This document shows positions 28,185-41,160 of a stretch of 64,000 nucleotides of DNA, piece after piece. This DNA is from the human T2T-CHM13v2.0 reference genome, Homo sapiens: NCBI RefSeq assembly GCF_009914755.1, contig NC_060947.1. One strand, written 5' to 3'. Every line of letters starts with the position of its first letter. Positions within the stretch are counted from its first letter, which is position 1. A program made the translations under genes and the position numbers. The notes beneath the pieces were generated by a model. It was not told the DNA's origin and did not search any database. It saw only the letters and a program-made list of their open reading frames with translations.

Positions 28185-31100
28185 TAATTTTTAAAATTTT
28201 AATTTTTGTGGCTACATAGGTGTATTTATTTCTGGGGTACATGAGATACTTTGATACAGGCATGCAATGCATAATAATCACATCATGTAGAATGGGGTAT
28301 CCTTCCCCTCAAGCATCCTCCTTAGTGTTAAAGCAATCCAATTATACTTTTTTAGTCATTTTTAAATGTACAATTAAATTACTATTGACTATAGTCACCC
28401 TGTTGTGCTGTCAAATAGTAGGTCTCATTCATTCTAACTATTTTTTGTACCCATTAACCATTGCCACCACCCCCCAATTCCCCATTACCCTTTCCAGCTG
28501 CTAGTATCCATCCTTCTACTCTCTATGTCCATGAGTTCAGTTGTTTTGATTTTTAAATCCTACAAATAAGTGAGAACATGTGATGTTTGTCTTTCTGTGC
28601 CTGGCTTATTTCACTTAACATATTGATCTCCAGTTCCATCCATTTTGTTGCAAGTGACAGGATCGCATTCTTTTTTATGGGCAAATATTACTCCATTGTG
28701 TATAAGCACCAAATTTTCTTTATCTATTTATCTGTTGATGGACACTTAGGTTGCTTCCAAATCTTGGCTATTGTGAACAGAGCTGTAACAAATGTGGGAG
28801 TGCAGATATCTCTTCAATAAACTGATATCCTTTTTTTGGGGGGTATATACTCAGCAGAGGGATTGCTGGGTCATACGGTAGGTCTATTTTCAGTTTTATG
28901 AGGAATCTCCAAACTATTCTCCGTAGTGGTTGTACTAATCTACATTCCCACCAACAGTGTATGAGGGTTCCCTTTTATCCACATCCTTGCCGTCATTTGC
29001 TATTGCCTGTCTATGGATGTAAGCCATTTTAACTTGAGTGAAATAATATCTCATTGTAGTTTTGATTTGCATTTCTCTGATGATCAATGTTATTGAGCAC
29101 CTTTTCATATGCCTGTTTGCCATTGGTATGTCTTCCTTGGAGAAGTCTATTCTTGTGAAATGTCTATTCAAATGTTTTGCCCATTTTTTGATGGGATTAT
29201 TAGATTTTTTCCTATAGAGTTGTTTGAACTCCTTATATATTCTGGTTATTAATCCTTTGTCAGATGGGTACTTTGCAAATATTTTCTCCCATTCTGTGGG
29301 TTGTCTGTTGACTTTGTTCATTGTTTCCTTTGCTGTGCAAAAGCTTTTTAATCTGATGTGACCCTATTTGTCCTTTTTTTTTTTTTTTGATTGCCTGTGC
29401 TCACGGGGTGTTACTCAAGAAATTTTTGCCCAGACCAGTGTTCTGGAGAGTTTTCTCAATGTTTACTTGTAGTAGTTTCATAGTTTGAGGTCTTAGATTT
29501 AAGTATTTAATCTATTTTTATTTGATTTTTGTATATGGTGAGAGATAGGGTTTAGTTTCACTCTTCTGCATATGGATATCCAGCTTTCCCAGCACCATAT
29601 ATTGAAGAGACTATCTTTTACCCAGTGTATGTTCTTGGCATCTTTGTCAAAAATTAGTTCACTGTAGGTGTGTGGATTTGTTTCTGAGTTCTCTATTGTT
29701 TCATTGGTCTGTGTGTCTGTTTTTATTCCAGTAGCATGCTGTTTTGTATTCTCCCCTCTTTTTTTTTTTTTCTTCCTACAATAGCTTTGGCCATTCTGGG
29801 TCTTTTGTGGTTCCATATAAATTTCAGGATTATTTTTTTCGTTCTGTGAAGAACATCTTTGGTATTTTGATAGGGATAGCATTGAATCTGTAGATTGCTT
29901 TGGGTAGTACAGGCATTTTAACAATATCGATTCTTCCAAACCATGAACATGGAACATATTTCCAATTTTTGGTTTCTTCTTCAATTCCTTTCATCAGTGT
30001 TTTATAGTTTTAATTATAGAGAACTTTTACATCTTAGGTTAATTCCTACGTATCTAATTTTATTTGTGGCTATTTTAAATGGGATTACTTTTTAAAATTT
30101 CTTTTTCAGATTGTTCACTGTTGGCATATAGAAATGCTACTGATTTTTGTATGTTGGTTTTGTATTCTGCAACTTTACTGAATTTTTTTATCAGTTCTAA
30201 TAGTTTTTTGGTGGAGTCTAGGTTTTTCCAAATATAAGATCATATCATTGGCAAACAAGGGTCATTTGACTTTTTTCTTTCCAATTTGGATGCCCTTTAT
30301 TTATTTCTCTTATCTCTTTGCTCTAGCCAGGACTTCCAGTGCTATGTTGAATAATAGTGGTGAAAGTGGGCATCCTTGTCATGTTACACATCTTAGAGGA
30401 AAGGCTTTCAGTTTTTCCCCATTCAGTATGATATGAGCTATGGGTCTGTCATATATGGCTTTTACTATGTTGAGGTGTGTTCCTTCCCTACCTAGTTTTT
30501 TGAGAGTTTTTATCATGAGAGGATGTTAAATTTTATCAAATGATTTTTAGCATCAATTGAAATGATCATATGGTTTTTGTCCTTCATCCTGTTGATATGA
30601 TGTATCACATTGATTTGTGTATGTTGAACCATCCTTGCATCCCTGGGATAAATCCAACTTGGTCATGAGGAATGATTTTTTTAGTGTATTTTTGAATTTG
30701 GTTTGCTAGTATTTTGTTGAGGATTTTTGTATCAGTATTCATCAGAGATATTAGCCTGTAGTTTTCTACAGGCTAACATCTCTGTATACGTCTGTCTGTC
30801 TGGTTTTGATATCTGGCCTTATAGAATGAGTTTAGAAGTATTCCCTCCTCATCTATTTTTCAGAACAGTTTGAGTAGGATTGGTATGAGTTATTCTCTAA
30901 ATGTTTGGTAGAATTCAGCAGTGAAGCCATTGGGTCCTGGGCTTTTCTTTACTGGGAGCCTTTTTTATGGCTTTGATCTTGTTACTTGTTATTGGTCTGT
31001 TCAAGTTTTGGATTTCTTCCTGGTTCAATATTGATAGGCTGTAAAAAAGGGGACATTACAACTGAAACAGCAGAAATTCAAAGGATCATTAGTGGCTACT

Positions 31101-32000
31101 ATGAGCAACTATATGCCAACAAGTTGGAAAATCTAGAAGATCAGAGATTTTATTTATTTGGGTCTTCTCAGTTTTTTTCTTAGGCTAAAGGTTTGTCAAT
31201 TTTGCTTAATTTTTCAAAAAAACAACTTTTTGTTTCATTGATCTTTTCTATTGTTTTCTTCATTTCAATTTCATTCATTTCTGCTTTGATATTTATTATT
31301 TCTTTTTTTCTACTAATATTGGATTTGGTTTGCTCTTGCTTTTCTAGTTCTTTAACATGCATCATTATATTGTTTATTTGAATATTTTCTTCTTTTTTGA
31401 TGTAGGCAATTATACCTATAAACTTCCCTCTTAGTACTGCTTTTGCTGCATACCATAGGTTTTTGTCTATTGTGTTTCTGTTATCATTTGTTTCAAGAAA
31501 TGTTTCCATTTTATTCTTAATTTTGTCATTGACCCACTGGTCATGCAGCAGCATGTTGTTTAATTTCCATGTATTTGTGTGGTTTCCAAAATTCCTCTTG
31601 TTATCAATTTCTAGTTTTATTCCATTATGGTCAGAGAAGATGCTTGATATTCTTTTAATTGTTTTGAATATTTTAAGACTTGTTTTGTGACATAACATAT
31701 GATCTGTCCTTGAGAATGATCCATGTACTGAGGAGAAGAAGGTGAATTCTGCAGCCATTGGATGAAATGTTTTATAAATACTTATTAGGTTCATTTGGTC
31801 TATAGTGCAGATTAAGTTTGATGTTTCTTTGTTGATTTTCTGTCTGGAAGAGCAGTCCAATGCTGAAAGTAGAGTGTTGAAGTCTCTAGCTATTATTGTA
31901 TTGGAGTCTATATCTATCTTCAGCTCTAATAATATTTGCTTTATATATCTGGTTGTTCCAGTGTCAGGTACATATACATTTTAAATTGTTATATTCTCTT
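28185..32000 (-). mobile_element. L1MA-type LINE, 5'-truncated, with internal microinversion
   Basis: Continuous 3'UTR and ORF2 homology; ORF 31180-31860 encodes endonuclease C-terminal part (FSDHNGIKLEI). Confidence 0.93.
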
Positions 32001-32007
32001 GAGGATA

Positions 32008-32070
32008 TAATTGAGGTTTTTGTGATTACTTTTAATGGCAAAAACCGCAATTACTTTTGCACCAACCTAC
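32008..32070. mobile_element. MADE1 (Hsmar1 MITE), left arm truncated
   Basis: ttacttttaatggcaaaaaccgcaattacttttgcaccaaccta. Confidence 0.9.
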
Positions 32071-32210
32071 TACACGTGTAACTCAACTGAATCCTTCCAG
32101 GCAATACCTTAGTTTTGGCTTTCTTCATTTCTGAACCTCATTACTTTATGTTTTTGTTTCTAATTTTCTCCCCATCTTCAGTATTACTTTTTACTCCCAA
32201 TCAACACCCC

Positions 32211-32635
32211 TGTAGGGGTTGAATAGTGTCCCCCCAAAATTTATATCCACCTGGAACTTCAGAATGTGACCTCATTTGGAAATGAGGTTTTGCACATGTA
32301 AGTAGTTAGGATCATGAGATTATATTATACTGGATTTTGGGTGGGTCTTAAGTCCAATGACTGGTGTCTTTATAAGAGGATATAGAAACACAGAGAAGAT
32401 AATGTGAAGATGGAGGCAGAGGTTGAAGTGATACGTCTACAAGCCAAGGAATGCTGGGAGCCACCAGAAGCTGGAAGAGACAAGGAAGGATTTTCTCCTA
32501 GAACCTTTGGAGTGAGTGTGGCCCTGTTGTCATCTTGGTTTTGGACTTTTGGTCTTTAGAATTGTGAGACAATGAATTTGTTTTAAACCACCAAGTTTGT
32601 GGTAATTTGTTACGGCAGCCCTAGGAAACTAATAT
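32211..32635 (+). mobile_element. MLT1 MaLR LTR
   Basis: tgtaggggttgaatagtgtcccccca...ggcagccctaggaaactaata. Confidence 0.85.
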
Positions 32636-32679
32636 GACCACTACACACACACAATTGATCCCACACTGCAGCAAAGTTC

Positions 32680-32795
32680 TGTCTTTCTTTTTCTTTCTTC
32701 TTTCTTTCTTTCTCTTTTTTCTTTCTTTCTTTCTTTTTTCTTCCTTCCTTCCTTCCTTCCTTCTTCCTTTCTTTCTCTTTTTCTTCTTCCTTTTC
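32680..32795. repeat. CT-rich polypyrimidine simple repeat
   Basis: tttc/ttcc runs. Confidence 0.95.
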
Positions 32796-33297
32796 TGTTT
32801 TGTGTATGTGTGTATTTGTTTTTATTTTTTATGACAAAACATATTTAAAACATATTCAAAAGAAGACAGAATGTATAATGAACCTCCATGTACCTATTTC
32901 CCCAGCTTCAACAGTTATCAACTCATGACCAATCTTGTTTCATCTCTACTTCCACCAGCTTCCCCTATCTACTGTCTTATTTTGAAGCTGATCACAGACA
33001 TTGTATCCTTACATCCATAAACATTTCAGAATATATCTCTCAAAAGCAAAGACTCTTTTTGTTTTAAGTGAACTACAATAAAGGGCTGTCTTTCCAAGAT
33101 GAAAAGTTCCTAGTATTATTCCTCTGCTTAAAAGATTTAATGTCTTCTCCGGTATAAAAAGTAATCTCATTAATTTGGCATTCACCGAGGCTTGGTTTTT
33201 GTTTTTGTTTTAGAATCTGAAATGGCCCTGTTTATCTCTCCAACCTCATGGTCCAACATTCTCCCTGTTCACATCATGTCCTAGATATTCTAAACTA

Positions 33298-33377
33298 GCA
33301 GATGAAACCATAAGAAATTATCATGTCTATAGACCAAAGTTGGTCAAACATTGGCAACTTCATATAATTCAACCTAA
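33298..33377. mobile_element. MADE2-like (Hsmar2) MITE, degraded
   Basis: ~80 bp with inverted ends aaccataagaaatt...aacttcatataattcaacctaa. Confidence 0.7.
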
Positions 33378-34055
33378 TATAATTGACACTAGGCTCTCTT
33401 CTTTTTGGACTTGCTTCACCAGGTTCACACTTTGGTTTTTGGATTTTTCACATAGTGATGTAATTGTTTACCTGCCTATCTCTTCACCTAGTGGATAAAC
33501 TCTCTGAAGGCAGGGATGAGGGCTTTTCTCTGTGTGTCTCCAGATTTCTGGTACAAGGCCAATGCTTAATAAATATTGTTAAAAAAAAATCAGTTACTTC
33601 ATTTGCTACAGTCATCCACAAGGTCCCCCTGCCCCGATTCCATAGACAGTCTCTGAAGTTACATAATTCTGAAACTATCTATATACTCTTTTCTTTTTAT
33701 CACTTAAAAAAGTATACAAGGAGGTAAAATATCATGTTGCTTTTCCTTTTCATTTTAGAAGATGAAACCTTTAAGTGCCCCCTCGGGGATGTTGCTTTTC
33801 TCTCCTGTGCTGCTGTCAGCTGCCCCTATATATAGCAGAGCATTGGCAATATGTTCTGTTCTAGGGGCTAAAATCTAGTGTCTTCATATAGTGGATTAGA
33901 CTAGATAAGGAAAAATAAAGTTGAGTTTAGCTAACAGTGCAATAATTCTCCTGGTATTCATTTACTACTTTACAAGGGGAGAATCCAATTTGTGTGCAAT
34001 TTTTCCTCGTTTTAAAAGTTATTTTTAAGATGAGCTCTCAATCATGAAAGATGAG

Positions 34056-34583
34056 TCATCTATTAGTTTATCTGTTTTGGTAAACCACTCTAAAACTTAG
34101 AGGTTTAAGACAACAATTTTATTTTGATTATGATTTAATAGGTCAGGAATTCAGATGGCTTAGATGGACAGCTCCTTTCTGCTCCATGTGTTCCTGGCTG
34201 AGGCAGAAAGCAGGTGGCAGTTGGAGAGCAGAGTTCTCTTCCAAGATGGCTTCTTCACTCACATATCTGATGTCTTAGGGCTCACTGAGCTCTTTCCATA
34301 CATGTCTAATCCTTTGGGGCCTTTCCACATGGCTTGAGATTATCAGAGCATGTTTGGCTCAGGGTGGTCACACTTCTTACATGGCAGCTGGTTTCCAAGA
34401 GAGAAAGTAGACACTGTCAGGCCTCTTAAAGGGTTAAGTCTGGAATGGATACAGTTTCATTTCTGCTGCATTCTGTTGTTAAAGCAATTCCAGCCTAGCC
34501 CAGATCCAAGGGAGTGGAGAAATAGACTATATTTCTAAATGGAAACAGTGGACAAAATGTGTGTCCACTTTTAATTTGATACA
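34056..34583 (-). mobile_element. MLT1 MaLR LTR
   Basis: taaaccactctaaaacttagaggtttaagacaac; ccaagatggcttcttcactcaca. Confidence 0.75.
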
Positions 34584-35446
34584 TCATCTTTCAGTTATTG
34601 TTTGGACATGGGAGGCCTGAATCACATATCTGGAGCTATTCATGAGTTTGTAATGAGGTCCTGCTGACCTTGGATCTTCTGGCTGTGTAATTATCTTATT
34701 CTGGTTTAACATCCTCACTGAGTTCACACAAATATTGAACATTTTGAAAATATTAACTAATGAAAATTCTATCACCTTTTATTTGGTGGTTGAAAATGCC
34801 AATGTTTTTATCTTGCAAAAACAATTTTTTTCCTCTCCCAGTACCCCAAAATATTCTCTGGAAGAAGGCTGGAAAATGACAATTTAAGTAGAAATGTTGA
34901 TTTAAGGATACTAGTGTGATGAAATCTTGCAAGAAGCAAAATTCAGCGGAAGTCAGGTTCTTCTTGGGCCACATGTTTTACACACATACACATATACACG
35001 CATATATGTATATATTATATATATATATAACTCGGGTACAATGGGATGCTATGATAAATCTGTTTCATCTATGCGTTATTTTAATATATACCTTAGGCTT
35101 GTAGGTAAGCCTTAGGGGTGTTTCATATTGCATAGGATCAAGATAAAAGAGACTGTTTAATATTGACCTTTTTATATTTCTAGTAAAAGCAAAAATCGCT
35201 TGAAGTTAAGGCTGTTTACATCACAATCTGAGATACTGAGGGAGACTCGCCATGCCCACCTATTGCTCAGATATTTAACGTTTGGAATACTATTTAATAT
35301 TTAAAAATGTTTTTCTATTTCTAATTATTTTTGACAACTGCAATCTCATTATAAGTTCATTCCTTCCATTTTGTCAGTATGATTACAACATCATGCCTCA
35401 GTTTAAACAGCTGTAGTCCATTGAGGGTTAGAACGTCAACATCCAA

Positions 35447-35454
<8 letters not shown>

Positions 35455-35485
<31 letters not shown>
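35455..35485. repeat. (TG)n microsatellite
   Basis: About 15 TG units. Confidence 0.95.
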
Positions 35486-35488
<3 letters not shown>

Positions 35489-35810
35489 AGAGAAAGTTTA
35501 TTGTTTATGGTTTTCTTTGTTTTTTATTTTGAGTCCACTAAATCTTTAATAGATTAGTATCTACTTCTACTGCAGAGGAAAAAGCAGGATTTTTTTTGTC
35601 ATTTACTTTTTCCACCATATTTTTATTTATGTCAATGGATGTCACTACCTTCAAAATGAACACATCCGAGTTTAGGTTGAACCAAAATTTATTTCATTAT
35701 TTCATTTGCGAATTTATAAAAGCTTTCATGATATACCTTGAGGCAGCTGGAGAAACCTAAAAGGATTCTCGAATCCAGGACTAAGAATCATTAGGTTAAA
35801 TCTAGGGATT

Positions 35811-35998
35811 AGATAAGGCAAAGGTTTATGTTAGAAAGTTTTATAGACCACTTGGCTTTTCTTGAAGATAGTAAATGGGCAGTCTGCTTCTCTGACGTCA
35901 GCCAGCTAATGGGCACACCTGTGTGTCTTTATTTCAAGTGAGATCAAGCAACTGTTTGGAAGGACAATACCAATACATGTGTTGATGGTGAGTCAGCA
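35811..35998. promoter_or_regulatory. Candidate enhancer motif cluster (GATA, CRE, NF-E2/AP-1)
   Basis: AGATAA 35811-35816, TGACGTCA 35893-35900, GTGAGTCAGCA 35988-35998 in apparently unique DNA. Confidence 0.4.
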
Positions 35999-37659
35999 GC
36001 ATGATATTCAAAAGCAAAGGATTGCATCTTTTGTAGGGGCTATAGTTAGCTGCCTTGGGTATTTATGGCATAATATTAAGAAACATAGCAGCAAAACAAC
36101 CTCACATAGGATAATTTTGGTAAAATATGCAATACAAATAATCCATTAACAAAAGACAAGCAACACCTGGTGTTTATCAGTAGTAATATATGAAATGAGA
36201 CACAATTTCCTGTTGGGATTCCTTGCTTGTAATGAGATCAGATGCTGTCTTTTTAGAGCCTTTGTGTTTTATGTGTTGAGAGTAAGTGAAGGTCCTTAGC
36301 GCGAAGGAGGAACTTCTATGGAAATATGCTAACTGTGAAGGGAAAGGGGAAGGAAAACTAGGGAAGAACATAGATCCTCAGGAAGCTATAGATGCATTTC
36401 TAATAGGTAGCCAGTCTGAAAAATGAATCTGCCTTCATTTACCAATTGATGTAACATTTTAAAAGTAAGGTATCTGAAGAAAATTTAGGCTTTATGATAT
36501 AAGAATATCATCTTGAATAATTTAACCGGAAAATCTGTGTTTTAGGATAAAATAATAACTTGATCAAATATTGCTAATATTTTTACAAACTTTAGATTTT
36601 GCTAGAATATGCTTGTTTGGCACAACAATTAAAGGTTAAATTGAAGCTAGACAGACTTCACAGAACTAAAAATTAATTTGATTTCTATCATCTACTTTCC
36701 CCAATGTTCTATAAGAGCTACCCCTGTCATACCATATTTTGTTACATGAGGTAGAAGCACGGCTTTTAGCAATGATCTGGGAAGAAGGGAATTGATAAAG
36801 AAAAGCAGTAGAAGCAACAACTGAATAGGAAATGGAATATAAATCATGGTAGCAGAGCAACAGAGCAACTCTGCAGGGTATCTGTGGATTAGTGCTTTCA
36901 TAATACACAGTTCAGGACTCATGAGATTCAGCTTTGCAAGTCATTAGGTTTCATTAAGTCTATTTCCTTGCTAAAATGATGCCACAGTGAGGTTTATGAA
37001 GCAAGGGCCCTAAAAGGGAAAGGGAAGAATCTAGTTGGCATAAAAAGCGGACATCTTCAGGAGAAAAAATAGGAAAATCTGGCTAAGGTGGCAAGCCACC
37101 AATCTTGTCTCTCTCCAATTTTCTAATGAGATATACACAATCCTGTGATTTTGCAACTCCCACCCAAAAGTTTTGATGGAACGTCGTCCAGATGGGGATA
37201 ATTCCCATTCCCAAGAAATATTATCTTATGTGGCTGACTGGCCATTTTCAGTCAGCAGAATGAATGGATCACGTACTAGGAAAATTGAGTTACTTTAGAG
37301 TAATACTCAGCTCTCTTTATTGAATGCTTGCATTCAAAAGCTTCTCTGTTATTGAGCTTTAAAGACACACATTATGATATATATCAATGCTACTGTGCTA
37401 GAACCAAAGCAAGCTAACTGTGCCTGCCCCCAACATAGGCCATTTGCTACCCTTGGTGTAGTTTTGCTTCAGATTTGTGAACAAAGTATTTGACTGACTG
37501 CCTTTTGAAACCCAATCAGTTTGCCTGTAAAGGAGCAGCCAATCTAGTTTTTTCATTTGTTTCTCTATTTTATATGCTGTTTTTAAACATCTCAGTGTGG
37601 TTCTAGCCATCAACAAGGACTGTGATTGGCCCACCTGCAATTTTCCTGATTCAGTTTAT

Positions 37660-37900
37660 TTATTATACACTTTAGTATATGCTGGGAAGTGTTGTATGTG
37701 TTACAAATATTGATTCATTTAATCCTTACAAGGACCTTGAGGTAAGTTCTATCATTATCTCCATTTTACAGATGGAGAAACTAAAGTACCGAGAGGTTAA
37801 GTAACTTGCTCAAGGTCATACAACTAGAAAGTGATGAAGTCGGGAACTGAACCCAGGACACCTAGTTCTAGAATCTAAACCTAACCACCATGTCCACTGT
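37660..37900 (-). mobile_element. MIR SINE
   Basis: ccattttacagatggagaaact..gagaggttaagtaacttgctcaaggtca core. Confidence 0.9.
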
Positions 37901-38179
37901 CCTTTGCTTGTCTTCTCTTTACACTCATTTCTTTACACTCCCTTTCACCATTACACTTGATGGAGATGTTCTGCTTTTTGCTGTCATTAGTCTATTATTC
38001 AGCTAGAGCAATTTCATTAACATATTGGTGCTTGGCTTCTAGTTAGACGGGGCAGGCGGAGGTAAGATGGTGTGAGATTTCAGTGAGACAGGTGCACATT
38101 AAACTGTAAGTCCTGGAAGTGCCATGATTATCATGTAGTCATTGCAGCAGGTTTTCTACCATAGATTTTTCTTCAATGT

Positions 38180-38420
38180 GGAGTCAGAGGCCTGGATTCA
38201 AATCCTGCTGCCATCACTTACTAAATTCTGTGGCCTTGTGCTAATTGCTTACCTCTTCATTTCACAGAATCCTCAACTACAAAATGGAAATTAATCAGAG
38301 TACCTACGTTATAAGATTGTCATGGAGGTTAAAGGGGACAATACACATAAACTGCTTAATATGTGCCTGGCACATGATAATTGCTCAGTAAACATTGGCT
38401 AAGATTATGATTATTGTGAT
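38180..38420 (+). mobile_element. MIR SINE
   Basis: ggagtcagaggcctggattcaaatcc...tgcctggcacatgataattgctcagtaaa. Confidence 0.8.
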
Positions 38421-39579
38421 TGCTATATCAATTTTAACCATGGTTTATCATATAAGACCCAAGCATCAGATAATAGATTGGGTTTATTTTTCAGCTAAGG
38501 CCACTCTCAGGCCAAATTCTCTGGGAAAAGTTGGCATCTGATGTTGGTTTATTGAGAAGGAAAGTGGAAGTCATATAGTCTTGGGAAAAAGAACGCTCTG
38601 TTTCTACATTCTAATTGTGAAATGTCTCACTCTCCAACATACTGATTTGGGGGAGTAAGAAATAGTACTTGAAATTGGCATGCTGAAATGATTCTCAAAA
38701 TGGCCTGACACATAGTAGGTACTCAACAAATGTTACCTTCTTACCTTATGTAACCCACACTTATTGTCACTTGCTTGTCACTCTTATTTTTCATATGCTC
38801 AAACCTTGGATTTAATCAAACTACAGTCATTGCATTACTTTTCTCTATGCTTTCATTCACCTTATTCCTACATTGAATATCCTCAACTGTCTTTCCATGC
38901 TTCCAAGTCCTACACATACCCCAAGGACCAAGTCAAGTATGGTGTCCTCCATGAAGCGTTTCTGAGCCACATGAGCTTACTTACAGGCAAAGAGAAACTG
39001 AGAGCAGGAACTGTGTGTGCAAGAACTGAATGTATGACCTTCCAGAGACCCCAAGGTCAACTGTCCTTTCAGAAAGAACAATGACAAGACAGCAACAGTA
39101 AACCCAGAAGAACTTAGGACAAGATGACCCAATAGTTGATTACATCCTCCTCCTGAAGATGCTTGGCTGTAGTTTTTCACAGTGTTCTTCAGGTTTTGGA
39201 ACCAGTGCCAGAGAAGATGGGGAGGGAGCCTGCGTGGCAGAGTCACTGGATTAGAAAGCATTTACCTGGCATCATCCAGAATAAGTTGACTGTCAGGGAT
39301 CAGGCTGGAGGTCCACAGTCAAAAGTCCATTCTGGAAATAATACTTTTGCTCAAGAGAATTTTGAAGACTGTGAAACTATGAAATTCCCTGCCTATTGCT
39401 AATCAAAAATACTCTTTAGATATAAAATTTAGATAGAAAAATTATCTAAAACCTTGGAAATAAGGCAAAAGGATGACTGTATGTTCTTTCAGTGACGTAC
39501 GGGAGCTCTTCCTAACAGGCCCATCCAAGGATTACTTAATTTTAGAAGGAAATGTACTTTCACTCGATTTACTATTTAT

Positions 39580-39884
39580 TCCTTTTATTTTTTCTTTTTG
39601 AGAGACAGGGTCTCAGTTTGTTGCCCAGGCTGGAGTGCAGAGACGTAATCATGGCTCACTGCAGCCTTGATCTTCTGGTCTCAAGCGATCCTCCCACCTC
39701 AGCCTCCCTAGTAGCTGGGACTACAAGCATGTGCCACCATGCCTGGCTAATTTTTTTAATTTTCTGTAGACATGGAGTCTTGCTATGTTGCCTAGGCTGG
39801 TCTCCACCTCCTGGTCTGAAACGATCCTCCTGCCTTGGCCTCCCAAAGTGCTGGGATTACAGACATGAGCCACTGCACCTGGCC
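39580..39884 (-). mobile_element. AluJ SINE
   Basis: atcatggctcactgcagccttga, tgctatgttgcctaggctgg. Confidence 0.9.
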
Positions 39885-40924
39885 TAATTTACTATTTTGA
39901 TTAAGAGCCAGACTCTGAGAGGGAACCATTTTTTGTCTGGTTGAGATGTAAATAATTTCTGTCCCGTAAAATAAATAGCCCCAAAAGATATTTTTGTTGC
40001 TCTGTAGGGTATTAGCTACTTTTGTATCTAAGTAAGTAAGTTTTTTTCTTTTTCCCTGTATTAGGAATTCATAATTTAGTAATCTTATTCCTGCATTCCC
40101 TCTTTCAGTGCCTGTGTATACTTGGTCTCTCAAATTCTGCTTTGAACCAGCTTTACTATCCTGTTATTATCTGATTAATGAGATAAATAAATCAATATGT
40201 GCTCACTTTGTATTCATATGAGAGTCATGTTTTCAATGTTTAGAGTATCATGCTTTGATAAACGCCGGTCTGAAAGTTAGAATTTTTACAGAGAAGTATT
40301 AATGCCTCTGAGAAAGAATTTTAAAAATAAAACTCAGTGTGAAAGTTTTTCTTCTTCTAGCAAATTTGGAACAGTCAGATGAGAGGTAAACAGCCAGAAC
40401 ATTTAGTTGCTAATGATAGACAGTGAGTCCAGACAGCACTGTTCTGAATGTTGCAAATGTGATCATCAGAAAAAAGTATTAGGAGTGAGGTAGTGCATAA
40501 CAAAGAGCTGAGCTGGATAATTTGCCAGGTGAGTGTTTGACTTTTTTGAAAAAAAAAAAAAAGAAAAAAAAAGAAAGAAAATTGGATTCATTTAACTTTA
40601 AAATCTGTGTCAGTTTTGAATGTAAGATAAACTATTACTTGACAGTTCTTCCTACCTAACAGAAACCCATAAAAATGAATTGAGATGAAAATGCTCTAGC
40701 TCTTTTATTCTTTTGGTTGAACATGTAATTTTCAACAATCCTCTCAATTCTTTTCATTGTTTGCCATGTATCCATGGGTATGTGTCAAGGTTAAAAAACT
40801 TACTTGGAGATACTACTATCTTTTGTTCTGAGATATTTGACAGGTTTCAGGTGTGTTTTTCCTCATAAACTTCTGGAAGAGACATTGGTGCTCCCATAAT
40901 GGAGATGTGTGGGGGTTTGGAGAC

Positions 40925-41160
40925 TGGAGGCAGTGTGATGTGGTGGTAAAAAGTTCAGGCTCACCAGGCAAATTGTCTGGTTCAAATCCAGGGCCTACTA
41001 CTTTCCAGATATATGCCAATTATTTAACCTCTCTAAGCTTTAGTTTCTTCTCCTGTTAAATGAGGATAATAATAGAACTTCTCAGAGTCCTTCTGGGGGG
41101 CTTGGCATAGTGACTGGCAAATGGCAAGCATTCAATAAGAGGGTGCTATTATTATTTATT
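40925..41160 (+). mobile_element. MIR SINE
   Basis: tggttcaaatcc...atttaacctctctaagctttagtttc core. Confidence 0.8.

Noticed and set aside
31180-31860. 226-aa ORF, the longest in the window
   Set aside because: Residual L1 ORF2 endonuclease/linker in a decayed, truncated element.
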